Positions 39,141 to 52,850 of a DNA stretch of 64,000 nucleotides are shown here, piece after piece (the stretch's first letter is position 1; every line of letters starts with the position of its first letter). The notes below the pieces were generated by a model that was not told the origin of the DNA, searched no databases, and saw only the letters and a program-made list of their open reading frames with translations. Where the stretch lies: positions 54,882,497 to 54,946,496 of the forward strand of contig NC_057718.1 in the NCBI RefSeq assembly GCF_004010195.1. Direction: 5' to 3'. The position numbers were made by a program, and so were the translations under genes. Source of the stretch: Chiloscyllium plagiosum. Lineage: Eukaryota.

Positions 39141-40139
39141 CTTTTGCTTCATGAGTCCAGCCTCTTCTTCCTTTAAGTTGTCAAGTTCCCGAAGCTCACA
39201 TTAAAAATAAACTAAATGTAATTTGAAGGCACGCTGTCTTGTTATAATGGTAGAATGCGTAACAAAGCTCCTATGATCATGTTTGCCTCTGCCCTCATCC
39301 CACTTGTGTCAAAACTGGTAGTAGTAAATTCATTTCCTGCTCCAGATTTGATTGCCTTTTACCAAGACTTGATACCAGCCCTATTTTAGGAGTTAAGATT
39401 CAGCCCAATACTTGCATGTTCAGTAAATTTGCATTAAATTGTTTTATGACACTATATGCTGTAGCTACAAGTTGTGGTTATGTGCGGTCAGCTTTGGTGA
39501 ATAACACCAAACCTCCTAAGAACACTGGGTTGAGTTACGTTAGTATAATGAGAAGATCATGGAGGAGATTTCCCATCCCCTTTATGTCATCACGTGAGTT
39601 GCCTGTGAATAGAATTTCTTTTTAAAATACATCTGTAAGTGATAGACTCAGTATTCACATTTCTTTTTCTTATACAGTCAAAGGTTCCAAATGTTACCTC
39701 TTGGAATCAATCTGACAGTTGGCAACCCAGAGGGCACTGTGATGAGGTTATTCAGAGAAAGATCTAATTCCATTGTATTGCCAATAACTGAAGGACACAA
39801 ATTTACAGTCACCAAAACAAAGCAAAGGATGTTGTTAGGATATGGAATGTCCTACAGAAATAAGTTTAGTGCACAGTGTATGATCATTTTTAAAATGAAC
39901 TTAGGTATATGTTTAAAAATGAAAGGGCAATAGAATAAGTCTAAGTGGATGGATCAAATTTAAAAATCTATGATCCTAAACTTCTGCCCTTGACAAATAA
40001 ATATGCAAGACTTTAAAACCAATGGATCATTTATGATGAACATTAAGAAGAACAAAGGCAAGTATTTCAGATGTTGTTAAAGAGAAAAATAAAGAGAACG
40101 TTCTGATAGGAATAAAACAATAAAAGTCGGATCCCCACC

Positions 40140-40370
40140 AGAAATGGAACAAAAACAGAAAATGCTGGAAACGTTCATGAGTTCAGACAGCTCTTTTGGA
40201 GAGAATACATGAAGTAATATTATGGGCGTTGACCATTTTGCTTGGATAAAGCATCTCTGCCCAAAACATTAACTCATTTGTTCTTTCCACTAATGTTACT
40301 TGACCTGCTGAATGATTCCAGCATTTTCTGTTTTGGTTACAGGTTTCCGGCTTCTGAAGTTTTTGTTTGA
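40140..40370. mobile_element. PLE family C remnants in inverted orientation
   Basis: aaaacagaaaatgctggaa ... ttccagcattttctgtttt inverted arms. Confidence 0.55.
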
Positions 40371-41119
40371 CTCCAGGAATTACTTTGACTAGTGTGTTAA
40401 ACACAGTACTAAAAGATTCTTACAGTACCATTACTATGAGAGGGAAAGGCAGAACTTGAAATGATAAAAGCCATTTTGAACACAAAATAGACTATTGGAT
40501 TAAAATTTTGTAGAAGTATTCATTTATTATCTAACATCAGTAGTTTATCCAGGATTTTAAGGTCAATATAGTATTTGATCAGTTAGGAAAACAAAAGGTA
40601 GGAGAAGCTAACAAATCTTAGGGGCCAATGAATGTGTGTCTTAGGAAGCTCCAGGATCAAAGGATAAAATGTATTGGAGACTGACTTTGACAGAGGGGAG
40701 TCATTGGTGATGTGCTACAGAACTGAAATGAGGTTAATGAAATATCAGGCAAATTTAAATTTTAAATCCAATGGGCCCTCAATTTAAAATCAATAGCTAC
40801 TAAAATAAGGTATTCTATTCTGAACTAGAGGACTATCTACATAGGAACAATTAAAAAGAAACAGCTGCCGTGATTTAGGTGGAGATCATCTTTACTGACT
40901 TCTAGGCTATTGTGGTGCAGTGGTAATGCCCCTACCTCTGGCCCAGGTTTATGTCCCGCCTGCTCAAGAGACGTGTCAGAACACCTTCTGAACAGTTAGA
41001 TTAAAAATACCTCCTGTCTAATGTCTTTGAGACAGATAAATTCTGTCTCTTGATAGATCTAGATTTTCAGAATGTTTTTGACAGTTACTTGAACATAAAT
41101 TAAGTTAAAAACCATGTTC

Positions 41120-42660
41120 AAAATCACACAACACCAGGTTATAGCCCAACAGGTTTATTTGGAAGCACTAATTTTCGAAGCACTGCTCCTTCGTCAGGTA
41201 GTGGTGAAGCAGGACCAGAAGATGCACATGCAGGAGAGAGAGAGTGTGTGCATGAGAATGTGAATGCACGTAAGAGAGTGAGTGTTTGCGTGTGTGCAAA
41301 CTTGGTAAACTGTGTGTGAGTGTGATGGGGTACAAGTTTGTGAGAGCGTGCATGTGTGAGTGTGGGGTGTGTATGTGTGTGTGTATATCTGAGAGAATGT
41401 GTATGAGAGAGGGTCTGCGTGAGTATGTAAGAGTGTTGGTGTATATGAGAGAGTGTATAGTGTAGTTGGGTCACCTGTAGTATGACATAAATCCAAGGTT
41501 CTGGTTGAGGCCATCCTCTTGGTCACTGAACTTGGCTACCAGCCTCTGCTCGGCCACTTTGCGTTGTTGCCTGTCCCGAAGTCCGCCTTGGAGGACGGTC
41601 ACCCAAAGATCCGAGGCCAAATGTCCCCGACTACTGAAGTGTTCCCCAACTGGGACACGTGAAGGTGCTCAAGGATGCCCTCATAAGAACAGGGTACGAT
41701 GCTCAACTCATCAATTACCAGTTTCGATGTGCCACAGTGAGAAACCGTAATGACCTCTTCAGGAGGCAGACACGGTTGCAACCGACAGGGTACCCTTCGT
41801 TGTCCAGTACTTCCCAGGAGCCAAAAGAGCCTTGTTCTTCGCAGCCTGCAACACATTATCGGTGATGAGCACCTCACCAAGATCTTCCCGACACCTCCAT
41901 TTCTCGTCACTTAACAACCAGCAAACCTTAAACAGATCATTGTTAACAGCAAACTGCGCAGCCTTCAGGACAACGTCGGTCACAACACTGTACAACCCTG
42001 TCATGGCAACCACTGCAAGACGTGTCAGAATGTCGACACAGATACCACCATTACATGTGGGGACACCACCCACCATGTACACGGCAGGTACTCATGTGAC
42101 TCCGCCTACTTTGTCTATCTCAGGCAGCAGGCAAGAATGCCCTGAGGCATGATACATTGGCAAGACCAAGCAGACACTACAACAACAGATGAATGGACAT
42201 CACGCAACAATCACCTGACAGGGGTGTTCCCTCTCAGTCGGGGAACACTTCAGCGGTCAGGGACACTCGGCCTCGGATCTTTGGGTGACCGTCCTCCAAG
42301 GCAGACTTTGGAACAGGCAACAACACAAAGTGGCCGAGCAGAGGCTGATAGCCAAGTTCGGTACCCCATGGGGATGACCCCTCAACTGGGACCTTGGGTT
42401 CATGTCACACTACAGGTGACCCCATTACAGTATACACTCCTATTCACACACACTATTGCATACTCGCACACTCAAGCAGACCCTCTGTCATACACACGCT
42501 CTCTCTGAAACACACACACACACATACATATCCACACACTCACACCCACACATGAACCCTCGCATAGGCTTATACCCTTTTCACACTCACACACACACTT
42601 TGCCAAGCTTCCACATGCAAAAACACTCTCACTCTCATGCACACACTCACATGCGCGCAC

Positions 42661-42694
<34 letters not shown>

Positions 42695-43245
42695 GCATGT
42701 GTAAACACGTATAAGTCTATGGGGTGAATTTGTATTTACAGAATAATATTTACAGATACATTTTGTTTTGCTCAAAAAATGCACAACCTGCAGGCAGTTA
42801 ATGCATGCAGTCAATCCATGTAATATTTTGTAAATTCCACTATAGAAATCAAACCAGTCTGACTCAAGATTGGGATACAGACAGACTCTAACCTCACACC
42901 TTTAATACATTGAGCTGAGATGTCACCTTTTTTTATAAAATCTCATGTTATCTTGAAAATGTGGCTTAAAAGAAGTTCTGGGATTTACATAATAATGAAC
43001 CAAAACCTGCAACTCATTCTAAAAGGTCAAAGACTTAACAGCAATCTAGGTTTGTTCAACATATCATTTCAGTTGCATGCACTGTAATCTTTTGCTATAA
43101 ATACTGTGTCTTATGGTCCTGCTTCTGATGAAATAGCAGCGTTCTGAAAATTAGTGCTTCTAAATAAACCTGTTGGACTATAACCTGGTGTTGTGTGATT
43201 TTTAACTTTATCCACCCCAGTCCAATGCCAACTCCTCCAAATCAT
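41120..43245 (+). mobile_element. Penelope-like element (family B), 5'-truncated with an inverted 5' duplication
   Basis: GIY-YIG coding remnant, (CA)n-rich 3' region, terminal repeat with hammerhead at about 43124-43155; 41120-41655 is an inverted copy of the 3' part; imperfect TSD catgtt(c/t)aaa. Confidence 0.92.
41657..42420 (+). pseudogene. PLE ORF C-terminus: RT thumb, Cys/His linker and GIY-YIG endonuclease (disrupted)
   Basis: LKDALIRTGY..; PCHGNHCKTC..YSCDSAYFVY..YIGKTKQTL..MNGH..VGEHF..H..AEQRLIAKF; stops and frameshifts present. Confidence 0.9.
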
Positions 43246-43344
43246 GTTTAAACACCACAGCACTCCCCACAGCACTGAATATGATGCTGGGTGACAAATC
43301 TGTTTAAAAAAGGGAAGAAATGTATTTGTGTGCAATATCTTACA

Positions 43345-43440
43345 ATCGATGAAGGGTTCATGCCTGAAACGTCAACGCTGCTGCTCCTTGGATGCAGCCT
43401 GACCTGCTGTGCTTTCCCAGTGCCATACTTTTCAACTTTT
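43345..43440 (+). mobile_element. PLE family A terminal fragment
   Basis: gatgaagggttcatgcctgaaacgtc..ctccttggatgcagcctgacctgctg. Confidence 0.75.
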
Positions 43441-43839
43441 CACTGACCAGCAAAATGAGGGAAACAAAAGGGTAAATGGATTTGTTAAGCTGGCAGCATT
43501 CCCGCTGATGCAAAGTGAAATGATTGTTGCAACATGGCTCTTAGGGCCTCACATTCCATAACTGAGAGGGCTACCATCTTATCAACATTCAGTTTGCTTA
43601 TGGCCATGCCCTGAAAACCCTGTCAGTGAATGCCCACTCTGATCATAACAGCCATGATTATTTTGTTCCACAGGAGTTAGCCTTTGTATCATCAAGCCAG
43701 GAAAGTTTGAACAACCTGGATCTCTAGGAAAGAGAAAAGAAAAATTCTTTGAAATTGTGAAAGAATATGATAGACGTAGTAGACAAGATGGGCAACTCCA
43801 GAAGTACAGACACAAGCATAAGATAGTCACTTACAAATT

Positions 43840-45215
43840 AAAGACATAGAACAGTACAGCACAGGAAGAATCCTTTGGCCCATCATGTCTGTGTCAACCA
43901 TGATGCCATTTTAAACTAATTCCATCTGCCTGCAGATGACCCATATCCCTTTATTCCCTGCCTGTTCATGTGTCTATGTAAATGCCTCTTAAATGTTGCT
44001 ATTGTGTCTGCTGCTACCCCCTCTCCTGACAGCACTTTCCAAGCACCTACCATCCTCTGTGTAAAAAACTTGCCTGACACATCTTTAAACTTTCCCCCTC
44101 TCACTTTAGCCTCTGCTCCCTCATATTTGATATTTCCATCCTGGGAAAAAGTCTCAGACTATCCACTCTATTCATGCCTCTCATAATTTCATTTGCTTCC
44201 ATCAAATCCCCTCTCAGCCTCTGATGCTGTAGTAAAATCAGTCCAAGTTTGTCCAACCCCTCCTCATAGCTAATATACTCCAATTCACGTAACATCCTGC
44301 AAACATCTTTTGCACCCTCTCCAAAGCCTACACATCCTTCCTATAATGTGATGGTGAAAACTGCACATAATACTCCATATATGGCCCAACTAAAGTTTTC
44401 TGCTGCTGCCAACTTTAATACTCTGTGCCCCAGTAGCGATTCTGTAGAGCACTGCTGGCCATAGATCTCCATCCAAAAAAACAACCTTCCATCACCATCT
44501 TTTGTCTGCTACTGTCAAGCCAATTTTGTATCCAGTTGGCAAGCTCACCCTGATCTAACTTTAATAATTTCCAACAGTAGACTAATTAGTAAAGTCCATG
44601 TAGATAACTTCCACTTCCCTACTTTCATCAATCATCTTCATCACTTGCACAAAAAGTTTAATCAAATTGTGAGACAAGACGTCACCCACACAAAGCCATG
44701 CTGACTATCTCTAATAAGTTCATTCTTTTCCAAATGTGAATGAGTAAATACTGTCCCTGACAATATCCTACAATAATTTCTCTCCCACTAATTTAAGGCT
44801 CACTGGCATGTAATGTTCCCAAAATGCTCCAATCACCTGGCCAGACTCATTTTCCAATACAAGGTTTAGTTTAGTCCCTTCCCTAGTTGGATTATCTACA
44901 TATTATGTCAAGAAACCCCCCTGGATGCTGTAAACAAATTCTGCCCCATCTAAGCCCCTGACATTAAGAGAGTCCCAGTCAATATCAGGGAAGTTAAAAT
45001 CACCTGTTATTTTTACATCTTTCCCTAATCTACCGACATAAATCTCTAGGCCTCCCAATAGCTCGTGGGAGACATTGTTTAAACCCATCATAGTGGTTCC
45101 ACTTTTCTTATTCCTGAGTTCTAACCTTATGTACTCACTGGAGGAGCCTTCCAAAATGTCCTTTCTTAGTGCAGCTGTGACGTTCTCCTGAATCAGTAAT
45201 GCCACTCTCCCAGGC
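43840..45215 (-). mobile_element. CR1 LINE, internally deleted (endonuclease, RT and 3' end pieces)
   Basis: Minus-strand ALLIQENV..ITGDFNFPDIDW (APE domain); RLRGDLMEA..; FFTQRMVGAW; tail. Confidence 0.9.
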
Positions 45216-45269
45216 CTGCCCTTCTCTGAACCAAGTTTCTGTAATTCAATAAGGACTTCAGGAGGAATC

Positions 45270-45460
45270 TCTTAACGATAACTAAGTGGAACTGTCATCG
45301 TATTTCAGGTTAAAAAAAGGTAGATGACCTCATAAAAGAGAAAGGAATAGAAGGATATATTGATAGGTTTGCTGAAGAAAGGTGGAAGGAAGTTTGTGCA
45401 GAACGTAAGTACCAGCCGGGACTTGTTGGGCCAAATGGCATGTTTATGTACTCTTAAATA
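45270..45460 (+). mobile_element. CR1 3' tail fragment
   Basis: ..accagccgggacttgttgggccaaatggcatgtt. Confidence 0.55.
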
Positions 45461-45599
45461 TTTTGTCATACTTTGTTCCTCTCTTCAAGACATTCCTTAA
45501 AACTCACCTTATCTGGCACAGAGTTTTGAAGAATCCAGAAACTGAAATATCATAAACAGCAGAAAATACCACTGGTGGAGTAAAGGAAATTAGTAATGC

Positions 45600-45780
45600 A
45601 GAAGAGATTAGAAAGGAGAAATACAGATTTCCAGAACAGTTATAGGGCTAAAGGAGGTCACAGAGATTGGAAGGCTGAGGCTATGGACAGATTTGAACCC
45701 AATGACGAGAATTTTAAGTTTAGGGCATTGCAGGATTGCTAGATCTGAAAGCAAAGGGTGATGGCAAGCCACCCATTCTT
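45600..45780 (-). mobile_element. L2-like LINE fragment
   Basis: Minus-strand LKILVIGFKSVHSLSLP resembles the L2 ORF2 3' region. Confidence 0.55.
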
Positions 45781-46934
45781 TTAAGTTGTTCAGGAAGGCA
45801 TCTTGTATAAGCATATTAAATTCAACTGTGCATATAGAGTAAATTAAATGGATCTACCTTTGTGTGGCCTGCATGGAAATGTTTGGGGTTGCTGTGTAGC
45901 CACACACCTTCGAGGAAATATTGTGATGGATGAATGAGAATTAATATTAAGATAGGATAGGGCAGCAGGATTTTGGTTCAACTTAAGTTTATGGAGAGTG
46001 AAAACTTCTCCATCAAATTGGAAGACTTTGCCCAAAATGAATTTCCTTCCTATCTATCTATCTCTAAAGTTATAGTGCCATTTTTATGTCATAACATAAC
46101 TACAGGTTTAAATTAAGACACGGAGAGCTTTTCAACTTGTGCAATGTTTGTATTTTTGGTTAATCAAAGGCAACTAGATTGAATTGCATTTATAAAAAAA
46201 AATAAACTTTACAGCCATTACAGCACAAATATTTCACCTTGATACAGTGTGGTGAACAGTTTTACTGAGAGCTGAACTGGAAACTAATTGGCAGTTAGGT
46301 TTGCTCTTTTGTCACATATCACAGGAGTGCCAAAGAAAACCATGAAACCTGGAACATTATCAGGTTGTAAAAAAGTGATAGTTTACATGATTTACGCTTG
46401 CATGCTTTGTAAGTTCATATACAATACTTCAGAGTTCAACTTTGACCTCCAGTTGTAATCAAATTCAAACTGGAATATCCCTGCTGGTATTTTTAAGTTA
46501 AATCTGTGCTTTTCTGACCATCTCTAATGAGGCTTATGAAAGGCAAAAACACTTTGAAGTGTGATGGAGAATTTATGGTATCATAGCCTATCAAGCTGAC
46601 TAGAGTGAGAATAATGGGCTTGGATATTGATTTCTCCCCAAAAATGCCTCACGTCACCCAAATAATCATGGAGAACCAAGAAGTGCAGCACTCCCCAGCA
46701 AAACTTCTCCCAGTTCAAATGGAAGTAAGTACATTTCCCAAGCTCTCCTTATTTCCTGACTCAAAGATTCTCTCTTTTTTTTCAGTCCGATGACTACAAT
46801 GGCTCCACTCAAATTTTTTTCCAGCCTCCACCAAATCATTTGCAATTAGAGATGTTGAGTATGAAGTCCTCATTTCACTTTTTAGAGGTGCTGAAATTAA
46901 AGAACTGAAAGCAACATTCCCATTCTAAAAGATG

Positions 46935-47130
46935 AGAAACTTAACAAACAATCCAGGTCTTTTTTAATATATAATTTCAATTACATAACACTGTAAACTT
47001 TTGCTACATTCTGTGTCCTACGATCGTATACTCCACAACCACCTGATGAAGGAACAGTGCTCTGAAAGCTAGTGCTTCCAAATAAACCTGTTGGACTATA
47101 ACCTGGTGTTGTGTGATTTGTGATTTACTT
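46935..47130 (+). mobile_element. PLE family B 3' terminal repeat
   Basis: Colinear with 43030-43210. Confidence 0.85.
47040..47074 (+). ncRNA. Minimal type-I hammerhead ribozyme motif, core intact
   Basis: cac-CTGATGA-a-ggaac-agt-gctct-GAAA-gc-TA-gtg: helix I cac/gtg, helix II with one mismatch, palindromic AGCT at helix III. Confidence 0.7.
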
Positions 47131-47869
47131 CACGTTAGTTTACAATAATTTGGCTAGCAGGATCAGATTTATCTGCTGCTGCTATAAAGTAAAATTTCAG
47201 TCAGTAGAATTTAAGGACTGGCTGAAATCTCTGCATACTAACCATTTTAATCACTGAATTTGCCTGCCTCTTGCTGTCACTCTAGCTGGAAGTTCAGGTA
47301 CAGCGTAGACTAGGAACCCTCCAGAGGGATTGGACTGTGTTATCTCTGAAATGTCATGTTGTGAATGACAACAAAGAGTTGCAGTCCTGGTATTGCAACA
47401 GTTCAGATTGTCTGAGTCAAGAGCATAATTATGTCACTTTCCCCCTTAGAGACTAATAAACCAGGAGCACAACATCACCTGCTTAAATAGAAAGGCTGAT
47501 CATTGACCTTAATTTTTGGAGAATTGCTTATGGTATGAGCTTTAACATCCAGTGACCATGGCCATGAAAGAATAGATGCTCAGCCATCTAAAACAGCACA
47601 CCATGGAGCCGGCAAACAGGTTTGTACACAATGGAGCAGAACACTGAATATAGAACCTATAAGCTGACAAGATAACTCTATCAGTGCAAACTAAAAAGGC
47701 ATTTCGACTGACCATGAAATAGACAAAAAAAATCTCAGTGACTAGTGCAATAACGTCTGTATCTTTGATAGTCCTGAAAATCTGAAATTAAGCTTGTCAC
47801 TTTTATCCAGGAGACGGCCTGATTCTACCTAACTCTAGATGATAGAACAGTCTTCATACTGGAACATGT

Positions 47870-48230
47870 GAGGTGACCCAGGTAATATTCTGGGGACCTG
47901 GCTTCAAATCTCTACCATGGCAAATGATAGAATTTGAATGCAATAAAAAAAATAGAATTAATAAACCATAAAACCATTGTCAGTTGTTGGAAAAACCCAA
48001 CGGTTCGACTAATGACTTAACAAACAGTCCAGGTATTTTTCAATATATAATGTCAGTTACATAACACTGTAAACGTTTGCTACATTGTGTCCTATGATCT
48101 TATACTGCACAACCAACCTGATGAAGGAGCAGAACTCAGACAGCAATGTGGTTGACTCTTAACTGCACTCTGGTTAATTAGGGTTGTACAATAAATACTG
48201 GCCTAGACAGTGATGCCCACATCCCATTGT
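47870..48230 (+). mobile_element. tRNA-derived SINE with a CR1/L2-type tail, interrupted by a PLE family B fragment (48012-48136)
   Basis: ggggacctggcttcaaatc..atggcaaatg..cagcaatgtggttgactcttaactgc..aataaatactggcc; the insert ends cctgatgaaggagcag. Confidence 0.75.
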
Positions 48231-49537
48231 TTGATTTTAAAACAATACAAATATATGAATGCCCAGTCCAGCAGGTCTAACTCACACAAAATCTTTTGTT
48301 GTTAACTTGCAAATAAAGAAGTAATGGCTAGAACCCAAGTTGAGCTATGTTGCCAGTGGCATTGCATACACAACTTTGAAATGCTTTGAGACACCTAGCA
48401 AAATGTTTTGAGAACATCAGGCTTGCTTCTTGCAACTGAGGTGTCAATTACAGGACGGCCTAGATTACTAGACTCAAAATTCTTCAAAGGTATTCCAACA
48501 TTTCCAACAGCTGCCTCAAATACTTAAAATATGCCCTCCTGTCATATAAGAGCCATACAAAGAACTAATAAACATTTCTAATCCCACCTCCCTCAAATCA
48601 CAGGAGATCTAACTTTATGCAAACTAATACCATCACATTGCAGAAGCTTCATGACATCTGCACAATTAAGACCCATTCCCTCTCTATAAAATGTTGCTCT
48701 ATAAAAAGGTGGCTTATCACTGATGAACCTTCTAATTGTATCTCCTGGAACAGAATTTATATCAGATACTGAAGCCAAGTACAAGAAAATCTGCACTCAC
48801 CTCCAATGACAACAAAATATTGAAGAAGTCAATCTGCAATAGTTGGAATACTTCTTTAAAAATTACTGTGACATAACATAATGAAGTATCCTTCAGGAAT
48901 ATGGGAAGAACATAATTCTGATTATTCCTCCTATGTGCAATTGGTTTACGCTTAAAATATTTACAGTAGCACAAAATAGTATTGTATCAAGGGAAAGTAA
49001 AACATTTCCCACTGAATTATGTTTTATGCAGCTTATGTATCTGTCATCTTAAGATATGCAGATCTTTAGAGCTCTTTAGAATATCTTTATTTTGTTATGT
49101 TTCTTGCTTTGTAATTAACTACCAATTATTTGGATTTAAAGACAAACAATTAAATATCACTTGCTTCTCTGAAGGAACTTTATTTTGCCTACTATACTTT
49201 ATCCATTGTTTCCATATCTCATTACTGGTGTGAAGTTATCAAGTTGAGATGGGACTTCAAAGGTATAATTGTTGTAAAGTAAGGATAACTAAATTGTTGG
49301 TGGAGGTATCGTACAAATTATTATAGTCCCTTGTTGGTTCCAGTCTAATATGTAAAACGTAAGTGCTTTCAAGGACCTGCAGGAACAATAGCCTATTTCT
49401 TTTCTGTAAATATCATATGCACTATGCTATTTCCACCACAAACAGCTTCCTAAAAATATAATATTTAAAGGTGTTTTCAAAAAGAACTGTTGAAACTCAT
49501 CATTAAAATCCAATCAGGCTACACTTGGACACACCTA

Positions 49538-50274
49538 CAGTCTGTTCTGCTACAATGCTGTAGTTGCGTTCTTGTGTGACCTCATGTTATAGAAAATCGT
49601 GCAACAGAAGTAACAGGGCCTTTGGGAAAAAACAGGGTTGGGGCGAACCATCAAAAATATTAGTAAATATCAAAACAAAATTAATAGTTAGCCTGAACCA
49701 AATGATAGCACAGTCTAACTAAATGTTAAAAAAATATATTTTAATGAAACAGTACAATAAATTTAACACTTTAATGGGCTTTCTGAGTTTGCTGAGTTAC
49801 AATACAGGTCCTACCAGTCTGCATTCAGATTCCCTGGTTATACAATCCTCTGAGTAACTGTCTGTAGAGAATCCATGAAACTTCACTGCATGGTTCAGGG
49901 TTAATGATAAAGGTTTCATTCTTGCCACTGGGAAACCAATTCCTGCATCTCACAAAGTGCCACTTAAAAATAATGAGAAAAACAATTCCAAACTAAGGCT
50001 TTGATGAGATGAACTCTGGTCACTCATGTGGATCTGGAGGTCACCAGATACACGGATAGGAAGGGTTGTGGGGACTGGAGGTGGTTTCACAATGAGGAAT
50101 AGTTTAGAGCCATGGGAGATTATGGAAGTAAACACCTAGATGGACTTCAGATGACCATGAATGGAATCGCATAATAGCCTGCGGGTTTGGCGTTGTAAAA
50201 AATAATTCCCCAATTCACCAATCGCAAACAGCCTAATTGCTTTGATGAAACACGCATTATAGGAGAACGAGCTG
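49538..50274. mobile_element. Tc1/mariner (Tigger-like) non-autonomous DNA transposon
   Basis: Terminal inverted repeats cagtctgttctgctacaatgc / gcattataggagaacgagctg, TA on both sides. Confidence 0.8.
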
Positions 50275-52391
50275 TATCTGATTTAAATCACAAAAACATT
50301 AGGGAAATTGCAATAATCCTGAGTTCTAAGGTGGAAGCCTCAATCAAAGGTAATGATGACCAGATATGGAATTGCAAATTAATACCAGTTCTTTAAACTG
50401 TATCCTAAGTTCTATACTGAGATCGCAGGATTGCTTTTTCTTGCAAAGGTTTCCTAAATGTTTTAATATTCGTATTCAAGGATGCGTTCACACGACCTAT
50501 TAATGCGACATTTCCATGTTTCACTTCTTCCATTACACAATTTTCATCATACCTATCTGTAAGGCATTTCTGAAATGCATAAGCTTCCTATTTTTATCAC
50601 ATATTTGAGCTCAGATTGACTCATTTTTTCCACATGACTCAGTTCACTCCTGGTTCTACCGGCTGTTAGATTGTGTGTGAGAGGTGCAATGGTGCTGTTT
50701 CTATTAGTGCTACCAGCCTGAAGCCTTTCGAGATTGAGTTTCTCACCTTTGCTTCCTCCCTCTGCTCTCATGCTTGATGCTGTTTTCTATTCTCATAATT
50801 CACTCAAGAAGCCAGTAAGGTTTGCATGGACATGACAGCTTGTTACATTATATGAGCTGCTGCTCATGATGAAGATGGTTGCCATCCATCTTTTTAAGCA
50901 TAGGAAACTACAGATAGTTGTTAGTATGAGGAGGAAAGCCACTTCCTGGTCTTGTTATAGTCTCTTGCAGTTAATGAGATATAGATTATTGCAGGTTAGT
51001 AACTAGTTACAGGCTACATTGATATAATAGTCATTGTTACACAGACTTTGAGAGAACCAAATGTTAGGTCTCACTCCTTTAAGATCTTAAGCTAGTCTAT
51101 GCAAATTTATATGACATTATCATAGTATGTGGCACTATGGTGCTTCTCAATATTCATTTTTCAGACCCCTCGACAATAGTAAGACCTCTCCGCTCTTGTT
51201 CAGAGGGCTGATGCTGTCTCACTCCTCTCTGCTGCTTAATGTATCCCAACCCAAGAAATATAAAAATGATACATTATAAGCCAATTTCCATAAGCCAACT
51301 TTACTTGCTTTAAAGTGCCTACTGCACTTTCACTAAAATTCCAGTTCTGCTCAGTACACGTTTCAAAGCATTAGATTCCAGTTCCTAAATAGCTAAGAAC
51401 ACAGCAATCTGACAGGTCATCACAAGCAGCTTTCCTGCCCCAACTGGGCATTGTGGAATGATTTTCTTAGTTCACATAGTAAATATGTCATGAAAATTAC
51501 CTGTGCAACTAAGATCTCAGAGACCAGATTTAAGAAAATTTTAAAACATCAAAGGATGGAAGGGGGTAAATACTTGCAATCCTGAAAGTTTTCTTCTCAT
51601 ACTGCCTTTCTCCCCCCAAAAATGCACAGCCAGATTCTGTAGCTGCAGTCATAACACGTGATATAGTGTAGTATTTAAAACTGGGAATGAATATTGTGAA
51701 TGTGAGATATTTCAAAACTATTCTTGATTTATCACTTTATTTTCTGCAGTGGGAATTTAAAAGATGTCAATAATTGGCAGCAATAATAAGAGATTACATT
51801 GGTAAATGCTTTTATTGTATAGGTATCCTGCTTCCTTCTTTTGTGACATGTAGAGAAACTAAGCAAAATGAATAATTGTTGCTACGCATTTTAAACTTGT
51901 GTGAAAGTAGAATCATTAAAATATTTTGACATCATTAAAAATTATTTTCAGAGATTTGAGATATAGATAAAAATGTAATCATTGCTCCGCAGTACTCAGT
52001 ATCTAAGCATGACTGGGGCAGATGTATGGACGGAAGACCTGGCAATCGATAAATAATTGAAACATTCTTTCCTGCTCGTGAGACAATACATGTTCCTTCA
52101 GGAGCAAGGTCACTTATTTCTCGTGTAGCGATAAAGCATTATTCTGACAGTGCAGTCAAACTGTGCACAGAGACATACGAGGAGATACTTTCAAGAGAGA
52201 AAGTACCCCAATAGCTTTGAGTAAGTGCCCAAAATAATAGGGCACTGAGCAATATAGATCATAAAAATCCTGTTATCAATCCTGATGGTTTTAACCTTGC
52301 TCATCTGCTGGAAATTGGACATGCTATTAAAATAATTGTGCTGGCTTAGTCTCTCCAACTCTGTTACCTTCTCACAGGAATTTTATTTAGC

Positions 52392-52510
52392 AGTTCTGAA
52401 AAAGAATTATATCACACCTGAAATGTTAACTCTCTTTGTCTCACCACAGATGCTGCCAGACCTTACTAACTTTCTTCAACATTTTCTGTTTTTATTTTAT
52501 ATTTTTTGAA
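52392..52510 (+). mobile_element. PLE family C terminal repeat
   Basis: gttctgaaaaag..tgaaatgttaactctc..cacagatgctgccagacc. Confidence 0.7.
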
Positions 52511-52714
52511 TCTGCAGTATTTTGCTTTTATGCAGTTTTATCCTCCTCTTCTGAATAGCTGCTAAAAGGGAGCAGGTCCATTCATTTAATATTGTAGGTC
52601 AGGCTCCAACCAGGTCCTCAGGACCTAGCTGTGAAGGGGAGATGACCCACAGGGTAGCTGAGTTTTATTTTATTTGCTTTCTTGTTGGCCTGGAGGAACA
52701 GGAGTTTTATCCAT

Positions 52715-52850
52715 AATAAAACAAAGAACTGCGGATGTTGAAAATCTGAAACAAAGACAGAAGTTTCTGGAGAAATTCAGCAGGTTTGACAGTATCTGTA
52801 GGAAGAAAGCAGAGTTAACATTTCAAGTGCAGTGACTCTTCATCAGAAGA
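52715..52850 (-). mobile_element. PLE family C terminal repeat with hammerhead motif
   Basis: Minus strand tt-CTGATGA-a-gagt-cactgc-actt-GAAA-tg-TT-aac. Confidence 0.8.

Noticed and set aside
41139..42708. His/Thr-rich ORFs
   Set aside because: Translations of the (CA)n/(TG)n tracts inside the Penelope element.
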